Positions 31,143 to 41,800 of a stretch of DNA of 64,000 nucleotides are shown here, in pieces; the stretch's first letter is position 1; every line of letters starts with the position of its first letter. The notes beneath the pieces are model-generated. The model made no database searches. It was not told where the DNA came from and saw only the letters and a list, made by a program, of their open reading frames with translations. Origin of the DNA: a virus (lineage: Duplodnaviria > Caudoviricetes); the IMG/VR virus record IMGVR_UViG_3300011008_000012, positions 32,001 through 96,000 of that record. One strand, 5' to 3'. The translations under genes were made by a program, and so were the position numbers.

Positions 31143-31457
31143 ATGCAATACGAAAAAATTGCGCGCGGACGACGCGCAGATTGCCTTTATCGACGAGACG
31201 CAAGCGGAGTGCTTTGTGCTTCAAGGCTAGTTCCGCACGAAGGAATGAGACTATATGAGATCAGAGCAACATACGCAAAACAACTCAACGATAGCACATA
31301 CTACACACTTGCCAAAAACCACATCGAAGCGATAGCATACTTCAAAGACAACTACCCATGGATCAGTATTATAAGGGATGTGCTCGAAGTGAAGTCACAA
31401 CAAGAGGCGGATAATATTCTGACCGATATATACCGTATGCCGATACACTGTGTGTAA
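31143..31457 (+). CDS. Hypothetical protein
   Basis: ORF upstream of xis. Confidence 0.5.
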   Translation: MQYEKIARGRRADCLYRRDASGVLCASRLVPHEGMRLYEIRATYAKQLNDSTYYTLAKNHIEAIAYFKDNYPWISIIRDVLEVKSQQEADNILTDIYRMPIHCV

Positions 31458-31460
31458 ACT

Positions 31461-31652
31461 ATGGACAGAAACGATAAGCTATTGACATGTAAAGACCTGC
31501 AACATATACTTAATATGGGAAGAGGAAGGGTATATGAGTTGCTCAAATCAGATTGCTTCCCAACTATACATATTAATAATAGAATGTATGTAAGAGAGAC
31601 AAGGCTCCGTGAGTGGATGCTAGCATACGAAGGAAGGAAGTACGTTTTATAA
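31461..31652 (+). CDS. Excisionase (HTH_17-like)
   Basis: LLTCKDLQHILNMGRGRVYELL..FP motif, next to att and int. Confidence 0.8.
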   Translation: MDRNDKLLTCKDLQHILNMGRGRVYELLKSDCFPTIHINNRMYVRETRLREWMLAYEGRKYVL

Positions 31653-31657
31653 TGACA

Positions 31658-31928
31658 TAGTGTACAGATAGTGTACATTTTGTCAGTATAGAGCCAATAC
31701 TATACTGCAACGCAGTTGATTATAAGCGTTTCACGACGGTCTCCAAAACCGTAGGCCGAGGGTTCGAAACCTTCTTCCCCTGCCAAATTTCCACCAAATT
31801 TCGTAAGAAATGCGGTGGATTTTTGTTATCTTTGTACAAATTATTAGCTTTTTGATGATGTCTCTTTACTTCTTTTTGAACATCCTGTAAACTAATGTAC
31901 CAGTTAGTAGTGTACATTATAGTGTACA
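31658..31928. other. attP site: tRNA-Trp 3'-half core (31733-31785) flanked by arm repeats
   Basis: ACGGT-CTCCAAA-ACCGT anticodon arm, T-arm and CCCCTGCCA with no 5' half; TAGTGTACA at 31658, 31669, 31908 and 31920. Confidence 0.85.
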
Positions 31929-31970
31929 GAGCTCTCGAACTTCTACATATTTACTACACGAGGTGAGAAT

Positions 31971-33173
31971 ATGGCAGATAAACGTCGAGAAAAAGGTACA
32001 GGCGGCATAACTCAGCGCAAGGATGGCTATTGGGTTGGCCGTTATGATGCAGGAACGAAACCAAATGGCAAGCGCGATGTGCGTGTCGTTTACGGGAAAA
32101 CAGAACCAGAAGCAAAAAGAAAACTAAAAGACCTTATCAAAGAGCTAAACAAAACTGAATATACCTATGTCCAGCGGTCTTCCGTAAAAGATTATATGAT
32201 GGACTGGCTAACACAAACAAAGCGTAATGAGCTCAAACCAAAAAGCTATGACCGGTTAGAACAGACGCTTGAAAAAGATGTGTTCCCTTATATCGGGCAC
32301 CTTCAATTACAGGCAATATCAACGAGGGACGTTCAGATGATGATCAATAACCTTCGTGATAGCGGAAGATCTTATTCAAGTATTAAGAAAGCGTATGAAG
32401 CAGTTAATGCTTGCTTTAAGCATGGCCTTGTCCAAAATACTGTGTCTGCAAATCCGGCCGCAGGTGTTTCGATCCCCAGCCAAAAGCTGTTCAGGAAGAA
32501 ACAGATCCCGTACTATACGCAAGAAGAGGCAAATAAGATCGTCACTCAAGCCTTGTCTGTATGGAGCAATGGCGTTCGGCGCTATCCGCTTGGCGACTTT
32601 GTGCCCCTCATCCTAAACACTGGGCTCCGCCTTGGAGAGATCCTTGCGCTTCAATGGGAACGCGATGTCGATTTTGAGACAAAGACTATTACTGTCCACT
32701 CAAACATCGTAACTGTCAAAGACCGATCCGGCGACGGCAAAACGAAGTATCACACCGTCGAACAAGATGAGGTCAAGACCGATGCTGGGCAGGACAGGGT
32801 AATTCCCCTCAACAATGCAGCTTTAAATGCGTTGCGAGCGCTGCAAGAAGTTACAGGTAAAGAAACGTATGTTCTAACGACGAGGAATAAGACACAGGTC
32901 AAACAACGTCAGCTCGATCAGATGTTCCGTAGGATCGTTACCGCCGCCGGTATGCCTGAAGAAAAAATATATGGTGTTCACGCTCTGCGACATACGTTTG
33001 CCACGCTTTTGATTTACAACCATGTCGATATAAAAACCGTCAGTAAGTTGATGGGGCACTCAGATGTCGGGGTGACATACAACACCTATGTCCATGTGAT
33101 CAAAGAGGCGGAGAAATCGGCTGTTGCTTCGATCCCGGATATTGTCTACCCGAATCAGGAGGGAAACTCATGA
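31971..33173 (+). CDS. int: Phage integrase (tyrosine recombinase)
   Basis: Arm-binding N-terminus (GTGGITQRKDG.W), GLRLGE, HALRHT and MGHSDVGVTYNTYVH. Confidence 0.95.
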   Translation: MADKRREKGTGGITQRKDGYWVGRYDAGTKPNGKRDVRVVYGKTEPEAKRKLKDLIKELNKTEYTYVQRSSVKDYMMDWLTQTKRNELKPKSYDRLEQTLEKDVFPYIGHLQLQAISTRDVQMMINNLRDSGRSYSSIKKAYEAVNACFKHGLVQNTVSANPAAGVSIPSQKLFRKKQIPYYTQEEANKIVTQALSVWSNGVRRYPLGDFVPLILNTGLRLGEILALQWERDVDFETKTITVHSNIVTVKDRSGDGKTKYHTVEQDEVKTDAGQDRVIPLNNAALNALRALQEVTGKETYVLTTRNKTQVKQRQLDQMFRRIVTAAGMPEEKIYGVHALRHTFATLLIYNHVDIKTVSKLMGHSDVGVTYNTYVHVIKEAEKSAVASIPDIVYPNQEGNS

Positions 33174-33563
33174 ACCGATATTCTATTTCCTGGAGAATCA
33201 GGAGGACGGGCTGCGGAAGAACGCCACATTGATGAAATCGCAAGAGGCTTTATCATAACCACAACGCAAAGCGTTATTGGACGCGGGATAACTGCATATC
33301 TTGGCGTAGTATCGGAGACGGTTGTTCTTGGGCAAGGAATGAAAAGTGCATGGTCTTTAGAGTTTGCCGATGCGGCTGGCAAGGCTAGTAACAGCTTCGA
33401 GCAGAAGGTTGTTGAAGCAAAAAGCGAATTATTCCGAAGAATGTCTCACACACTTTACCATGCCGGAGGCGACGCCATTGTTGGGTTATCGATTGATGTC
33501 GAGATGTCAAACACAAACGCAATCATTGTGACCGGTACAGGAACTATGATTAAATTATCATAA
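33174..33563 (+). CDS. YbjQ/UPF0145-like protein, start unresolved
   Basis: ITTTQSVIGRGITAYLGVVS...GGDAIVGLSID...VTGTGT; the frame is open back to the integrase TGA. Confidence 0.6.
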   Translation, partial: TDILFPGESGGRAAEERHIDEIARGFIITTTQSVIGRGITAYLGVVSETVVLGQGMKSAWSLEFADAAGKASNSFEQKVVEAKSELFRRMSHTLYHAGGDAIVGLSIDVEMSNTNAIIVTGTGTMIKLS

Positions 33564-33570
33564 AACTCAC

Positions 33571-33616
33571 ACCCCGTAGGAGGCCACAAACGGCTTTCTG
33601 CGGGGTTTTCTTTTTA
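33571..33616. terminator. Terminator between the convergent gene arms
   Basis: ACCCCGTAGGAGGCC...GGCTTTCTGCGGGGT followed by a T tract. Confidence 0.7.
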
Positions 33617-33725
33617 CCCATATCCCTGCATCCCGGCGTCTCTGCGCGCAAATACACAGCTGCCAGCAGTACCACGCGGTAAAAAAAAAGAGCCATCCGA
33701 AGATAGCTCTAATATAAGAGAAACA

Positions 33726-34139
33726 TTATCCGTCATTTTCAGGATCGGTTTCAGAACTGGTCTCTGAGTCGTCTCCCTGGTCAGTAGATGGATCTGTACC
33801 ATCGTCGGACTGTGAGTCTGTTTCGTTACTCGCAACCGTGGAAATAACCGCAGTATCGAGTCTTTTGATCACCTTGACCAATTTTGTTGGTTCAATATGA
33901 ACGATGCCGTTCCCGTCAGACCATTTGATCTCAAGAGTAAGCATTCCAACTGGGAATTCCATAGTGTCGGCTTCTGTCAGCGGAGCAAATATCTTTTCAT
34001 CTGAGATTGTAAGATCGTTGTACTCCCAGTTTTTAACATCGCTGTTTCCGTCATGCAGGAGAACTGACATATTTGTCACGTCAGAAACACTCCCGCTGAT
34101 CCTGATACGTATTGGGCTGTTTGCCCCCTGATAAATCAT
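33726..34139 (-). CDS. Small beta-rich virion-type protein with acidic tail
   Basis: IYQG..PI...LTEADTM.F pattern resembles BppU-N-like domains. Confidence 0.55.
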   Translation of the reverse strand: MIYQGANSPIRIRISGSVSDVTNMSVLLHDGNSDVKNWEYNDLTISDEKIFAPLTEADTMEFPVGMLTLEIKWSDGNGIVHIEPTKLVKVIKRLDTAVISTVASNETDSQSDDGTDPSTDQGDDSETSSETDPENDG

Positions 34140-34152
34140 AATATATCACCCC

Positions 34153-34623
34153 TCACAGGAAATTATTCTTCTCAAGGCATTCATCATACGCCTCAAGAAT
34201 TTTCTTTTTCGCGGCGACGGTCTTATTGTTCTCAAATTCCTTATGAGCATCACAGTACCGCTCATAATCGTCGATATCCTCAAGAACCTGTGTAAAACTC
34301 TCGTGCGAATGTTTCACACCGCGGCGGATCTCATCGCCGAATGAGAGTATATTACGCCTGCATGCGATCACATTTCGCATATCGTCTTTTGCACTGATTT
34401 CTGTGACATCGTTTTTGAGCGTGTTTACCTGAATTTCAATATCCTTGACCTTGTCTAAAAGCTCGTGATTGGTCATTTTACCGATCCACCCAAAAAATCT
34501 GGACAACGGGTTCAACTTGATCGGTGTGATCTCAATAAATGTCGCCAATATGACAAAAATGCCGAAGCCGCCGCCGATGATCTGACCTGCTGTGAGGCTC
34601 AGTATATCGAGTAGGTTTTTCAT
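34153..34623 (-). CDS. Membrane protein, possible holin
   Basis: TM helix, IEITPIKLNPLS, RRNILSFGDE motif. Confidence 0.6.
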   Translation of the reverse strand: MKNLLDILSLTAGQIIGGGFGIFVILATFIEITPIKLNPLSRFFGWIGKMTNHELLDKVKDIEIQVNTLKNDVTEISAKDDMRNVIACRRNILSFGDEIRRGVKHSHESFTQVLEDIDDYERYCDAHKEFENNKTVAAKKKILEAYDECLEKNNFL

Positions 34624-34634
34624 GAGTTACTACC

Positions 34635-34955
34635 TCATACGTTGCCGTTTGCATTCACAATATGCGTCATGGCGCAAAGGCTATCGATCATTTCAGAGAT
34701 AACATTCAGGTCAATGTCATACTCGATAGTATCAGCACTTGCCTTCACCATCATCAGCACCCACTCCTTGCGTTCATCGCCGGTTGTAAACTTCAACTCT
34801 GCCTGAGCCATAAGGCTTGTCACGAGATCAAGAACCTGACGCCAATTCCTTTCCTTGATGGCGGTCTGAGTATACTGAACAAGCTTAATGATCAGGGGGA
34901 TAGCTGTAATCACACCAGACAGGATAGCCAATACATACTTAATGATTTCTTCCAT
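34635..34955 (-). CDS. Holin-like protein
   Basis: N-terminal TM helix and AE...G.ERK..V motif (LL-H-type). Confidence 0.6.
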   Translation of the reverse strand: MEEIIKYVLAILSGVITAIPLIIKLVQYTQTAIKERNWRQVLDLVTSLMAQAELKFTTGDERKEWVLMMVKASADTIEYDIDLNVISEMIDSLCAMTHIVNANGNV

Positions 34956-34973
34956 TTTAGTCCCTCCTTGGTA

Positions 34974-35429
34974 TCAGCTTCGTTCCGGAAGTATAAGCAC
35001 AACCTTCCCGAAGCATTTATAATACGGCGTTGGTCTGTCGCCAAAGATGTAGTAGTTATAAGCATCTGCTATGATTACCGCGATCATTGACAGAGCTGCC
35101 CAAGCGAGGCTGAATGGCAGGCAAACGACACCGTCAAAATTCCAAATTACGTTTGAATAATCCCACATGACTGAGATAATGCCCGTGTGTATAGCGAACT
35201 CACCGATAACGAGCTCCATAAATGAAACGAGGGCTGAACCAATCAGCCCCTGCAAAATGATATCAACATCCCATGATATTCGGTTGTTTATCTGATCGAG
35301 AAGAAGTATAATCAATCCGCCGCAGCACCCCATAAGAGGGTAACTCCGCCCTCTATACGTGACCTCAATAGCGATATAGAGGCTGTATCCCAGGATGAAT
35401 AAAAGCGTCGTCTTAACAACTTTCTTCAT
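34974..35429 (-). CDS. Multi-pass membrane protein (CmpB/ABC-permease-like)
   Basis: Four TM helices; WDYSNVIWNFDGVVCLPFS. Confidence 0.7.
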   Translation of the reverse strand: MKKVVKTTLLFILGYSLYIAIEVTYRGRSYPLMGCCGGLIILLLDQINNRISWDVDIILQGLIGSALVSFMELVIGEFAIHTGIISVMWDYSNVIWNFDGVVCLPFSLAWAALSMIAVIIADAYNYYIFGDRPTPYYKCFGKVVLILPERS

Positions 35430-36196
35430 TCAGCATTAGCCTCCAGCATATGCTTGAAGATATCAGACTGGAACGCTGCCGGGATATCCATACCGAATGT
35501 AACGGCAACGATCTCATCCACTGTTTCCAAAGACTCAATATACGCTTTCAAGCTGTTGAAATATGTAGTCAGGTATGTCTTTTTATTTGCAGCCACATCG
35601 ATAATAGCCTGCATTTCATCAGCGGAAAAGTATCGACACAGCTCTCCGTCGGCATGGTATGGGACTTGCGGCTCGCCAGCGGCCACCATGCTAGACAGCG
35701 TGATCAGATTGAGCTGGTCTTGCACTGTCAGAGAGAAGTGGTGAGATTCGCCGTCTGCCAGGGTCACGTCAAAACCGTTGGTAATAGCGCGATTACACGC
35801 CACGCTCATCTCATTCAGCTTCGCCGTTTTCAGGAATTCGATCGTTGCTTCATTGGCGGGGTCAGAAGAGTCGATAAAGTAATCATCAACGACATCCTCT
35901 ATGACAACCTCGTCATCATCAATTTCGATTTCCGATTCTGTCTCAAAGGCTGAAACAAGCGCGTCGTACTCATCCTTATCAATACTGACAATGGAGGCAC
36001 GAACATAATTCTGATCCTCCATAACCGGCCGCAGCCAATCGTCGTGGTAGTATATACCGTTGTATTCTACATATTCCGCATGATCCAGGTCACAGAGCAG
36101 ATATACATTATGCTTGCGCTGGAACTTACGAAGATTCTCAAGCGATGCAACGCCAACGATATTCTGCCCATTTATCAACTTGAAATAGCTCACCAT
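35426..36196 (-). CDS. DUF4376-like tail-associated protein
   Basis: HHFSLTVQDQLNL and YHADGELCRYFS; AGGAGG RBS before ATG at 36196. Confidence 0.7.
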   Translation of the reverse strand: MVSYFKLINGQNIVGVASLENLRKFQRKHNVYLLCDLDHAEYVEYNGIYYHDDWLRPVMEDQNYVRASIVSIDKDEYDALVSAFETESEIEIDDDEVVIEDVVDDYFIDSSDPANEATIEFLKTAKLNEMSVACNRAITNGFDVTLADGESHHFSLTVQDQLNLITLSSMVAAGEPQVPYHADGELCRYFSADEMQAIIDVAANKKTYLTTYFNSLKAYIESLETVDEIVAVTFGMDIPAAFQSDIFKHMLEANAE

Positions 36197-37427
36197 GATT
36201 TCCTCCTTTGATATGTTCATATTTCTTCGTCAAGCGGTAGCCGTCAAAAAGCTGGTTATACAGCTTCATCATGTTCCGTTGCGTATGGTAGGACATAGCA
36301 ATATCCGCGTGAGCCTTCCACGATTGAAGGGAATCGTACACGTTGTTCATGGTCATCTCACCAATGTCAACCTTCCTGCGGAATTTGCGCAGTTTCCTAC
36401 GCATCCTTGTGATGTTTTTGCGCGTAAGGTTCTTAATAACCTTTCCAGTGCTTGTTACATAGTATCTGGTTTTAAGGAATGTAAAACCGTGAAGAGATTT
36501 CACAATGTGTGTTTTCTTCATATTGAACCGCAGGCCAAGGTCGTCGCATATCGGCTTAAGATCTTCTAAGAGCTTTATAAGCTCCTCTTTGGTCTTGGCT
36601 ATAACGATTCCGTCATCCATATACCTGATATAATGCTTGAACCTTGCGTGATCCTTGATATAGTGATCGATAGCGTTCGGAACAATAAGAGCCATAGATT
36701 GAGAAATCTGGCTTCCTAAGCATATACCGCAAAGTTCGTCATGCTCCAATAGATCAAGTTGGCGTTCGCGCTCGTCTTTGTCCTTGATCTTATTGATCTT
36801 CTTTTGATATGGGCTTTTAATAAACGCCATCAGAACATTGACAACCATCTCGTCGTTGTATATGCTGTTTAATATACGGCGGCACGTTCTATGAGGGATG
36901 CTGTCAAAATAACTCTTGAAATCAAACGATAAAACATAGAACTCAGGTCCGTATTCACGAATCGCATTGTGGAGATGCTTGTCCAGACGTGCCCTGGTAA
37001 AATCTACACCTTTGCCAGCTAAACTTGCACCGTTGTCGTAAATCAAATGATCCCTTATCATCGGTACGAGAGAATTGTCGCAGAATACTTTTTGTAGTAC
37101 GCGGTCACGAATATGTATTGGCGTGATTACGCGAGCCTTGCCTCTCTCGTATATAACGATCTCTCGATCGCCCGTTGCTCTGGGAGGCGCACCGGTAAGC
37201 ATGATATTGAAATCCCTAAAAATATTACAGATGGCATTATAGTTGTATCTCTGAACACTTTTCTTCCATCGAACGCCGGATTGACATTTCCGCAGGGCGT
37301 TCGTAAAATGTTCTATTGTGACGATCTTATAATAGTCGTCGTAGTCTTTGTACTTCTTTGCGCGGCGCTCAGCTTTTTCAGCAATATCGCGCTCGATACG
37401 AATTTTGGCGCGTAAGCGCTTGTTCAT
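36138..37427 (-). CDS. DGR reverse transcriptase
   Basis: RDRVLQ, GKG, FDFKSYFDSI, GICLGSQISQ and YIRYMDD; adjacent to TR. Confidence 0.93.
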   Translation of the reverse strand: MNKRLRAKIRIERDIAEKAERRAKKYKDYDDYYKIVTIEHFTNALRKCQSGVRWKKSVQRYNYNAICNIFRDFNIMLTGAPPRATGDREIVIYERGKARVITPIHIRDRVLQKVFCDNSLVPMIRDHLIYDNGASLAGKGVDFTRARLDKHLHNAIREYGPEFYVLSFDFKSYFDSIPHRTCRRILNSIYNDEMVVNVLMAFIKSPYQKKINKIKDKDERERQLDLLEHDELCGICLGSQISQSMALIVPNAIDHYIKDHARFKHYIRYMDDGIVIAKTKEELIKLLEDLKPICDDLGLRFNMKKTHIVKSLHGFTFLKTRYYVTSTGKVIKNLTRKNITRMRRKLRKFRRKVDIGEMTMNNVYDSLQSWKAHADIAMSYHTQRNMMKLYNQLFDGYRLTKKYEHIKGGNHGELFQVDKWAEYRWRCIA

Positions 37428-37701
37428 GGAGTCACCTCCAAATAAAAGATTTTCCTCTGTGCGCTGTAGAATGCGGTTAATTATTCCAGCGCAAACGGGG
37501 CTGTGCCAACCAAATTATTCTTAACCAAATAATTGGTGTGCCGCAATTAAGAGCATATCACGCATCCCCGTATACAGATTGCCTTCATGGCAAGCCAACC
37601 TTAAAGCAGGTCGGCGTATTATTTACCCAATGGGAAGGTTATGTTCTCCTTCTCGACTATATTGTTTCTTCGGCCAATCATACGGGCTTACTTTATATAG
37701 C

Positions 37702-37848
37702 GAGAATCCGAGGCACACGCCATTGTTGTTGCTCGCGTTGTTGTTGTTGAGGTTGCCGTTGTTGTTGACATTCATGAAGTTGGTGGTGTTGCCAAGGTTG
37801 GGAGAGCGCTCCCACCAGTTGTTAGCACCGACCCAGCCGCCAACAGCG
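37702..37848 (-). repeat. DGR template repeat (TR)
   Basis: 147-bp copy of 38829-38975, AAC-rich; all 14 differences are at TR adenines on the coding strand. Confidence 0.95.
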
Positions 37849-37897
37849 CAGAGCCCAACAACAACCGCGAATAACAGGCCATAACCTAATATAATAT

Positions 37898-38695
37898 TTA
37901 CATGATATGAGCGTATCTTTTCTTGTCTGATTTCAATAGATTCTGTAATAGCTTAATCTCTTTTGCCAGCAAACCGGACAGTTCTGTTTGAACTCTGTCG
38001 GTACAATGATTGAACGCAAAATACGATATGAGTGGTGTATTCATTTGCTTCAGATAATTGATAGTATCTGAAATACACTCGCGCCGATGCTCAACGTCAT
38101 CCGGCGTTTCCGGCACTTTCATATTCCCATCTGCGATACATCCCAAAGCCAGTGTCGATAGCTTAATCAGCAAATTACCGTTTGTATTTCTGAACGATCT
38201 TTTTGACGAGATCATTTTTGAAAAGATTTCACCTTGAAGCTCGCACATCGTACTCACGAACTCCGCATGTTGTATGGCGTAATTATCAAGAATAACGATC
38301 TTGTCGCCGTCGTCTAATTCAATACAGGCCATCTCGGCAAGTACCTCCATTTCGTGGTTTATGGATTGCGCTAGATAAACCATTTTCCGTTCCTCAAAGC
38401 GCTCGATATTCCACATCGCAAGCAGATATGGCTGCAACGATTTTAGTTTGCCAATCACATCCTGCACCATTGGAATCAATGCGGTATCTTTGAATTTATA
38501 CCCGTAGCTATCGTCAGCCATTTTGCCGATTATGATGGCGACATCGTTCAATATCTCGTTGATTGGGACGGATATGTATGGTTGCCGACGTATAGGCACC
38601 TTGCTCGTATACATATCGCTTATGTTATATAAAGTGATAAAGCTATTGAAGAATTCAAGTTCAGAGGTTTTCCTCTGTGAAGCAAGTACGCTCAT
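37898..38695 (-). CDS. avd: DGR accessory protein Avd-like, double length (265 aa)
   Basis: Lies between target gene and TR; MSVLASQR..S.LEF start and KEIKLL....KSDKKR end typical of Firmicute Avd. Confidence 0.7.
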   Translation of the reverse strand: MSVLASQRKTSELEFFNSFITLYNISDMYTSKVPIRRQPYISVPINEILNDVAIIIGKMADDSYGYKFKDTALIPMVQDVIGKLKSLQPYLLAMWNIERFEERKMVYLAQSINHEMEVLAEMACIELDDGDKIVILDNYAIQHAEFVSTMCELQGEIFSKMISSKRSFRNTNGNLLIKLSTLALGCIADGNMKVPETPDDVEHRRECISDTINYLKQMNTPLISYFAFNHCTDRVQTELSGLLAKEIKLLQNLLKSDKKRYAHIM

Positions 38696-38806
38696 TTTTT
38701 CTCCTTTCATTCCGATAGGGCGGTCTAAAGCCGCCCGATCATTATTTATCCCTCCCACCGGAAATGGCGGGAGGGATTTTTTGTTTACACGCGAGAGTTA
38801 GGCATA

Positions 38807-38830
38807 TCTATCTGAAAAATTTCAGATAGA
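38807..38830. promoter_or_regulatory. Hairpin at the VR 3' end (candidate DGR retrohoming cruciform)
   Basis: TCTATCTGAA-aaat-TTCAGATAGA spanning the target stop codon; second hairpin at 38748-38777. Confidence 0.6.
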
Positions 38831-41800
38831 GAAGCCGAGGCACACGCCATAGTAGTAGCTCGCGTTGTTGTAGTAGAGGGCGCCGTAGTTGCTGACATAC
38901 ATGAAGTAGGTGGTGTTGCCAAGGTTGGGAGAGCGCTCCCACCAGCCGTTAGCACCGACCCAGCCGCCAACAGCGGAAGAGTCTCCAAAAGTGCCACTAT
39001 CGGAAGTATAGGCAGGCGTGATGCCATATTGATCGAGCTCGTCCTGTTCGACAAACATGTATCCGATACTGCTATTGCCTGTATTGATCCAGATAGATCC
39101 AGTGCCAATGTCAGTAGAAAGATACGCCGCAGGGTCGCTCGCACAAGAGTAGATGTACGCATTGCCGTCATAGGCAGTGGTGTTGCCCGTACCAAGAGCG
39201 TATTTACGAATACGCCCACGCCACTTCAGGCGTTGCGCATTTGCGGTGTTGTATGACGAGATGCCAGAACCGCTCTGCTGTACGAACCACGGGATTCTCG
39301 GACTACTTGTATCTGCGCCAATTTCGTCGTTATACCCAGTACCAGAACCGCCAAGTTCGTAATAACTCGGTAGGTAAACCTTGTCATTTGACGTGATGAT
39401 CGATGTGCTTTGACTGCCTGCCGTCGCATTGATTTGCACGGAACGTATAATAGATCTCCACTCTATGGGCAAAGCACGGAACAGGCGGCCATTGCAGAAT
39501 GCACGCATCTTGGAATTCTCCCAGCCCGTTGAGTTATCATTGCTTGAGTTCATGTAATAGCCGCGTTTATACAACAGGTTATTCGCTATGAAACTGGCGT
39601 TTGACACGTTACCGGAACCGTCGGCGTATTCATATTTGCCCTCGCCCCAATACTCCATGCGCACGACCTCGTGCGGCCACTGAGCAAGAGCAAAAGCGTT
39701 GTAGTCTCCGATATCGTCATACCAGATCTTCATCCAGTGGATGTGGCCTGTGCCATAATTCCTGTAAGTATTGGATGTGGTATGATAATTTACAGCTCCA
39801 AATGTCACTGGTTCGTTGCTGGTTACATATGTAGTGCGCGTAAGCATCGTCTTACTGACATTGGTGCTGAACAGACTGCTGTTACCTGTTCCGCTTGCCG
39901 CGTATACATATAGTGCTGAGCTGCCGGACGGGTGTCGGAGTACGACAATATCCCTGTTGCCTCCGCTAGACCCTACATAAGTAGTCTTATCGCCCCACTG
40001 GATCGTTGGTGCTGTGCCGTCATAGTAGAGACGGAAGTTCGACGTACTGCCGTAGTTGGCAGAGAGCAGCGTCATACCGGAGGTCGACCCAATAAAATCA
40101 AAGTCGATCGCCATGGTGAATGCAGGAGAATCATCGTCGAAAAGAACGATATTGGATAGGTAGTATGTACTGCCGTCGAAATAGTACCCGCCGCTCAGAT
40201 ATTGATCCACAGCTACACCTGTAAGCGAAAGCGTAGACTCGGCACTATCGCTGTAATATTTCGGCCCGATAGTGATACTGTCCACATTGCTGAAAATGCA
40301 GTCTGTACCAAGCTTGATATCCGTATAGTCAAGATCCTCAAAATAAGAGCTCTGTAGACCTGCCTTACCTATACCGTAAATCTGAGAGACCGTCATGTCG
40401 CTCATGTCCGTACCCTGGGCGGGGAGCGCGGCATTGGTAGCAATCCAGTCAGCATACACATTCACATCGCCCGTTATAAATCCTGTGCTCTTATCCCAGC
40501 TGCGGAACACACGGAATGTGTAAGAGCTCTCGTCATCCGCAAACGTGGGCAGGGTTGAGTCGTTTATTACGTCCTCGTATGTGGCCGTAGACCACACAGA
40601 ACCGTTTGAATAATAGATCTGTCCTGTCGCATAATTCTGGTAATACATATCTGCATAGTCAGCCGCTGCATATCCCGCAGCCGCCGGGGTTGTGCTGCCA
40701 TAGCCTACGCATATATTACTGTCAATATAGTCGATACACCCACCATATGGCACCCCACTCACAGTGAGGAAGGTTGTGCCTGCGTCGCGGTACCACTTCA
40801 CTGTGTATGTGCGTGTAGTAGTGGTATACTCAGCTGTCACGTTGCGGTTGTAGCTCATGACAGTTGTGATATCATCCCACCCGGAGAATGTATAGATGTA
40901 CTGCGCTGTAGACGCCATTGCGGGCGTAAGAATATCTGCATTCGCTACAGTGCTCCACGATGTACCATCCGAGAGATAGATCGCTCCGGTTGAAGTGTCC
41001 TGGTAGTAATCGCCATTATAACTGGATGCATCATATCCGGTTGCAGCCGGTGTGCCGCTATCTGACACAGTGATAGTATAGCCCATAGTAATTGGGTCGT
41101 AAGGGGCACTGCCTACATCAACCCACTGTGTATAGGCAAGACCGTCTGTATCCAGAATTGCAGTTCCGTCTGCATTAAGGAATGTTGCAAGATACTGTGT
41201 TACCATCGTCCCATAGGTAATTTCTAAATACGGCCAAACCGTATTATACTTGGAAAGCTGGCTCTGACGCATCGTGGTGACGTATGCATCGCCCGTGAGC
41301 ACAGACTGTGTAATGTCATAACCGTCGTCATCAATACCGGCCATGTCATATACTGATTCGAGGTCGGTAGTATTTGACAATGACCAATCCATACCGATTA
41401 GGCGTGTGCGGGAGAGGTTGGGACACGACTGAATAAGGTTCAGAGCGATATCTTTCGTCCCGTGTGTGGTCGTTGTGCCGGCAATAGTTAAGGCGGCACT
41501 GCTGTCGAAATCACAGTTCTCTATGCGCAGCGTTGTCATGTTGGCGGCACTGCCGAGCGTAAGGTCTTGGAGGTACATGAGTTCACGCATCGTCAGTGAT
41601 GTGGGGTTCTGTAAATGGGCGGTTTCCAGTAACCCTGCGGTAGCAAAAGTAACGCCCGTAAAAGCTGTATTCTCCAAGTATACTTCAGACAGCGATACGC
41701 AACCAGACAGATCGAGAGCGCCCGTCACATTCGGGCAATTGCGCACGTCGAGATATTCCAGCATCGTATTGCTGCCGATAGTCAGACTCTCAAGATTGTC

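Noticed and set aside
31733-31785. Functional tRNA-Trp gene
   Set aside because: The 5' acceptor strand and D-arm are missing; treated as the att core. ORF 31720-31917(-) is its antisense shadow
36138-37427. RT as a group II intron, retron or Abi RT
   Set aside because: The adjacent TR/VR pair with adenine-only differences and the avd gene identify a DGR
37722-37770. GTT/AAC trinucleotide runs resembling a microsatellite or CRISPR repeat
   Set aside because: These are the AAC codons of the DGR template repeat; there is no repeat-spacer periodicity
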